From Candidatus Bathyarchaeota archaeon (lineage in GTDB: Archaea > Thermoproteota > Bathyarchaeia > Bathyarchaeales > SOJC01), in NCBI GenBank assembly GCA_004376645.1, contig SOJC01000077.1:1-50374 (forward strand): DNA of 50,374 nt, read 5' to 3'. The translations under genes were made by a program, and so were the position numbers. Positions within the stretch are counted from its first letter, which is position 1. The number at the start of each line of letters is the position of its first letter. Of this stretch, positions 48,202 to 50,374 are shown in pieces. The notes under the pieces are model-generated. The model saw only the letters and a program-made list of their open reading frames with translations, had not been told where the DNA came from and did not search any database.

Positions 48202-48837
48202 TTAGAACTTTGCTGATTCTTCGAACTGACCCTTCCTAGTGAAGATTAGAAAATCAACGCCATCACCGCTCATAGAATCTCGGCTTAAGGCTGATTTCAT
48301 AGTGCGGACTACAACATCTTTCACTTCTTGGAGGGTCATACCTTCCCTGTAATTCTCCTCGAGAACTCCTATAGCTATCTCTGCGCCAGTTCCCACAGCA
48401 GCATAGTCATCAGGAATCACAGACCCCAAAATGTCTAGAACATATATCGATGGTCCTTCATCATCAACTCCCCCAATAATCGTCTGTGTAATCAATGGGA
48501 ATAACCGTCTGCCGAAGAGAAGATTAGACATGACTTTCGCAGCGGATCTTATAGATATTCTTCTGTTAATGTCCAGCTTGAACAGATTTGCATAAGCTTC
48601 CACCTCTCGTATTAGATTCTGCATATCGGCAACTAATCCAGCACACGCTGCTCCTATGTGATCTGTGATCTTGAAGATTTTTTTTCCAGCTTTGCTTGTA
48701 ACGAAATATCCATAGGTGACTCGTTTCTCAGAGGCGAGTATCACACCATCAGAATAAACTACACCGAGAGCTGTGGCCCCCGGCATTAAAAAGTATGGGT
48801 GTTGCTGATTGTGATCAATCAAATCCGTCGACTCCAA
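48202..48837 (-). CDS. psmB: Proteasome beta subunit (with propeptide)
   Basis: The propeptide ends ...MPGA, followed by TALGVVYSDGVILASEKR (the catalytic Thr context). Length is 211 aa. Confidence 0.95.
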   Translation of the reverse strand: MESTDLIDHNQQHPYFLMPGATALGVVYSDGVILASEKRVTYGYFVTSKAGKKIFKITDHIGAACAGLVADMQNLIREVEAYANLFKLDINRRISIRSAAKVMSNLLFGRRLFPLITQTIIGGVDDEGPSIYVLDILGSVIPDDYAAVGTGAEIAIGVLEENYREGMTLQEVKDVVVRTMKSALSRDSMSGDGVDFLIFTRKGQFEESAKF

Positions 48838-48983
48838 AGTGGGAATTGACTATGCCAGCTCATCAATTTAAACTTAATTACGAAAAGGCGTATGAAACAC
48901 CTATCGTTTTGACGCCGCTCTCCCCTAAAGTTGGAACGTAAAGAATTAATTCCCAACTTGTCGTTATAGGATGGGAGCGTGAA

Positions 48984-49577
48984 ATGATAGAGCTGCATAT
49001 TCAAGAGTTTGAAGAGTTTTGGTGTGGCACCGCTCTCAGGAATGGCAAGATTTTCGCAACGACATTTGCCGTTGATAAAAGGTATGTACATAAATCTTTG
49101 ATTAAGGAGTTACCTCATCGTTCGGACTATCATATTATACGAGAGGGAAACTCTCTTGGGGAGGAAATTTTGAATGTCGTAGGAAACATGCTCCGAGGAA
49201 AGGATGTTTCCTTCAGTTTTCAGTTCGATATGGCTCGTCTATCGGATTATTCCCAGAAAGTGTTGAAGTTGACCTCGCTTATCCCTACAGGCTACGTGGC
49301 GACTTATGGGGATTTGGCTAAGGTGGCAGGCGGAAGCCCCAGGTCTGTAGGTCGAGTAATGGCGACTAATCCTTTTCCCCCTATAATTCCTTGCCATAGA
49401 GTTGTAGCTGCAGATATGACGCTTGGAGGCTATGGGGGTGGCTTGAAGATAAAATGGCGGATTTTGCGGAAGGAGAATCGCAACTATAAGAAAGTTTTCA
49501 AACTTAAAGCCAATGAAAAATCAATGAAACTATATCCAATCTGCTTACTTAGAGCTAAAGATAATAAGCTTGGATAA
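48984..49577 (+). CDS. ogt: Methylated-DNA--protein-cysteine methyltransferase
   Basis: GYVATYGDLA...SPRSVGRVMATNPFPPIIPCHRVV contains the PCHRV active-site motif. Confidence 0.85.
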   Translation: MIELHIQEFEEFWCGTALRNGKIFATTFAVDKRYVHKSLIKELPHRSDYHIIREGNSLGEEILNVVGNMLRGKDVSFSFQFDMARLSDYSQKVLKLTSLIPTGYVATYGDLAKVAGGSPRSVGRVMATNPFPPIIPCHRVVAADMTLGGYGGGLKIKWRILRKENRNYKKVFKLKANEKSMKLYPICLLRAKDNKLG

Positions 49578-49605
49578 GTACAATCAATTTGAAAGGTAGT
49601 TCTCC

Positions 49606-50130
49606 ATGACTTTGCGAGGTCTTTATGTAGGGCGGTTTCAACCTTTCCACCTAGGTCATCTTCACGCCATAAAGCATATTCTGTCCAACGTTGACGAAGT
49701 GATAATAGTCATTGGCAGCGCTCAATACAGCCATAGATTGGACAATCCTTTCACTGCTGGAGAACGAGTCACGATGATCTGCAAGGCATTAATAGAAGCT
49801 CAAATAACCCCTTCAAAGTATTTAATTATCCCAATTCGAGATTTACATGTTCATATGATGTGGGTAGCAGAAGTAAGAGGGTACACTCCAAGGTTTGAAG
49901 TCGTCTATTCTAACGAGCCTCTAACCTGCCGACTTTTCATGGAAGCTGGTTTCCCAGTTAAATCAATTCCCTTCAGCAAACGCCATCTTCACTTGGCAAC
50001 TGAAGTAAGGGAAAGAATATTAAGAAACGAGAGTTGGACTGAACTCGTACCTAACAGTGTTGCTGATTACATTAGGGAGATTGATGGTGTTGGGAGGATG
50101 CGAGACTTGGCCAAAACTGACAGAGTTTAA
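49606..50130 (+). CDS. nadM: Nicotinamide-nucleotide adenylyltransferase (archaeal NMNAT)
   Basis: RGLYVGRFQPFHLGHL motif and SIRERI-like C-terminal region (ATEVRERIL). Length is 174 aa. Confidence 0.9.
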   Translation: MTLRGLYVGRFQPFHLGHLHAIKHILSNVDEVIIVIGSAQYSHRLDNPFTAGERVTMICKALIEAQITPSKYLIIPIRDLHVHMMWVAEVRGYTPRFEVVYSNEPLTCRLFMEAGFPVKSIPFSKRHLHLATEVRERILRNESWTELVPNSVADYIREIDGVGRMRDLAKTDRV

Positions 50131-50374
50131 CCGTGAGATTGTGATTGGATTCTAATTGGATCACCAACCTTCGCCTTGTAGAGTTTCTCGGCACTACCTT
50201 GGTTTGCATGCATGAACTGCGCCCGTAGGGAAGTATGGTGCACAGATGCCAAAACAAAGGCGCCCATACGGATGTTGAACTTTTCTATCTTATGAGAGAT
50301 GTCAACGATTTCCGCCTTAGGACACAAACTTAGAATAACGGCTTTCATCTCTGCAACATAGGGATCTCGCAATC
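50127..50374 (-). pseudogene. DUF62 (SAM hydroxide adenosyltransferase/SalL-FlA family) remnant, internally deleted; its 5' end runs off the window
   Basis: The N-terminal family signature DPYVAEMKAVILSLCPKAEIVDISH...MGAFVLA joins after ~50 aa directly to the family's C-terminal tail (ANQGSAEKLYKAKVGDPIRI). The central ~150-190 aa, including the VDPGVG region, are missing. Confidence 0.5.

Noticed and set aside
48819-49091. 90-aa minus-strand ORF between psmB and ogt
   Set aside because: It overlaps the psmB 5' end and the ogt 5' end. It has no motif and most likely sits in the divergent promoter region.

Overview
This window is an archaeal chromosomal segment, moderately AT-rich and densely coding on both strands. 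Most of it is housekeeping. It carries the conserved archaeal block psmA-sdo1-rrp4-rrp41-rrp42-rpl37ae (proteasome alpha subunit, SBDS, the three exosome subunits, ribosomal protein L37ae). It also carries CDC48, aEF-1beta, TFE, Trm56, HflX, aMBF1, NAC, prefoldin beta, the KEOPS subunit Pcc1, FEN1, PIMT, GlmS, diphthine synthase, proteasome beta subunit, Ogt and NMNAT.

Metabolic and transport genes:
- a three-subunit 2-oxoacid:ferredoxin oxidoreductase
- pyrI and pyrB, arranged divergently
- a flavin cluster: an RbkR-like HTH-riboflavin kinase, RibL and a DUF357 protein
- an ECF transporter A-A'-T energizing module
- a TldD/PmbA/M28 peptidase cluster

There are two tRNA genes, Lys-CTT and Leu-CAA. 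The Leu gene has a D-loop insertion of about 15 nt that looks like a non-canonical intron. That feature suggests a TACK-type lineage, which is inference only.

I saw no rRNA, CRISPR array, transposase or integrase.

The most interesting locus is at 43.3-47.8 kb. A canonical class III ribonucleotide reductase (NrdD) sits next to a paralog that has gained an N-terminal winged-helix domain. The paralog has lost the active-site cysteines and the entire glycyl-radical C-terminus. I read it as a candidate nucleotide-sensing pseudoenzyme regulator.

Other points worth a second look:
- a 1019-aa internally duplicated surface glycoprotein candidate
- a small island of orphan membrane genes, including an emp24/GOLD-like protein
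- two genes whose conserved N-termini lie upstream of any ATG/GTG/TTG codon
- an internally deleted DUF62 remnant at the right edge of the window
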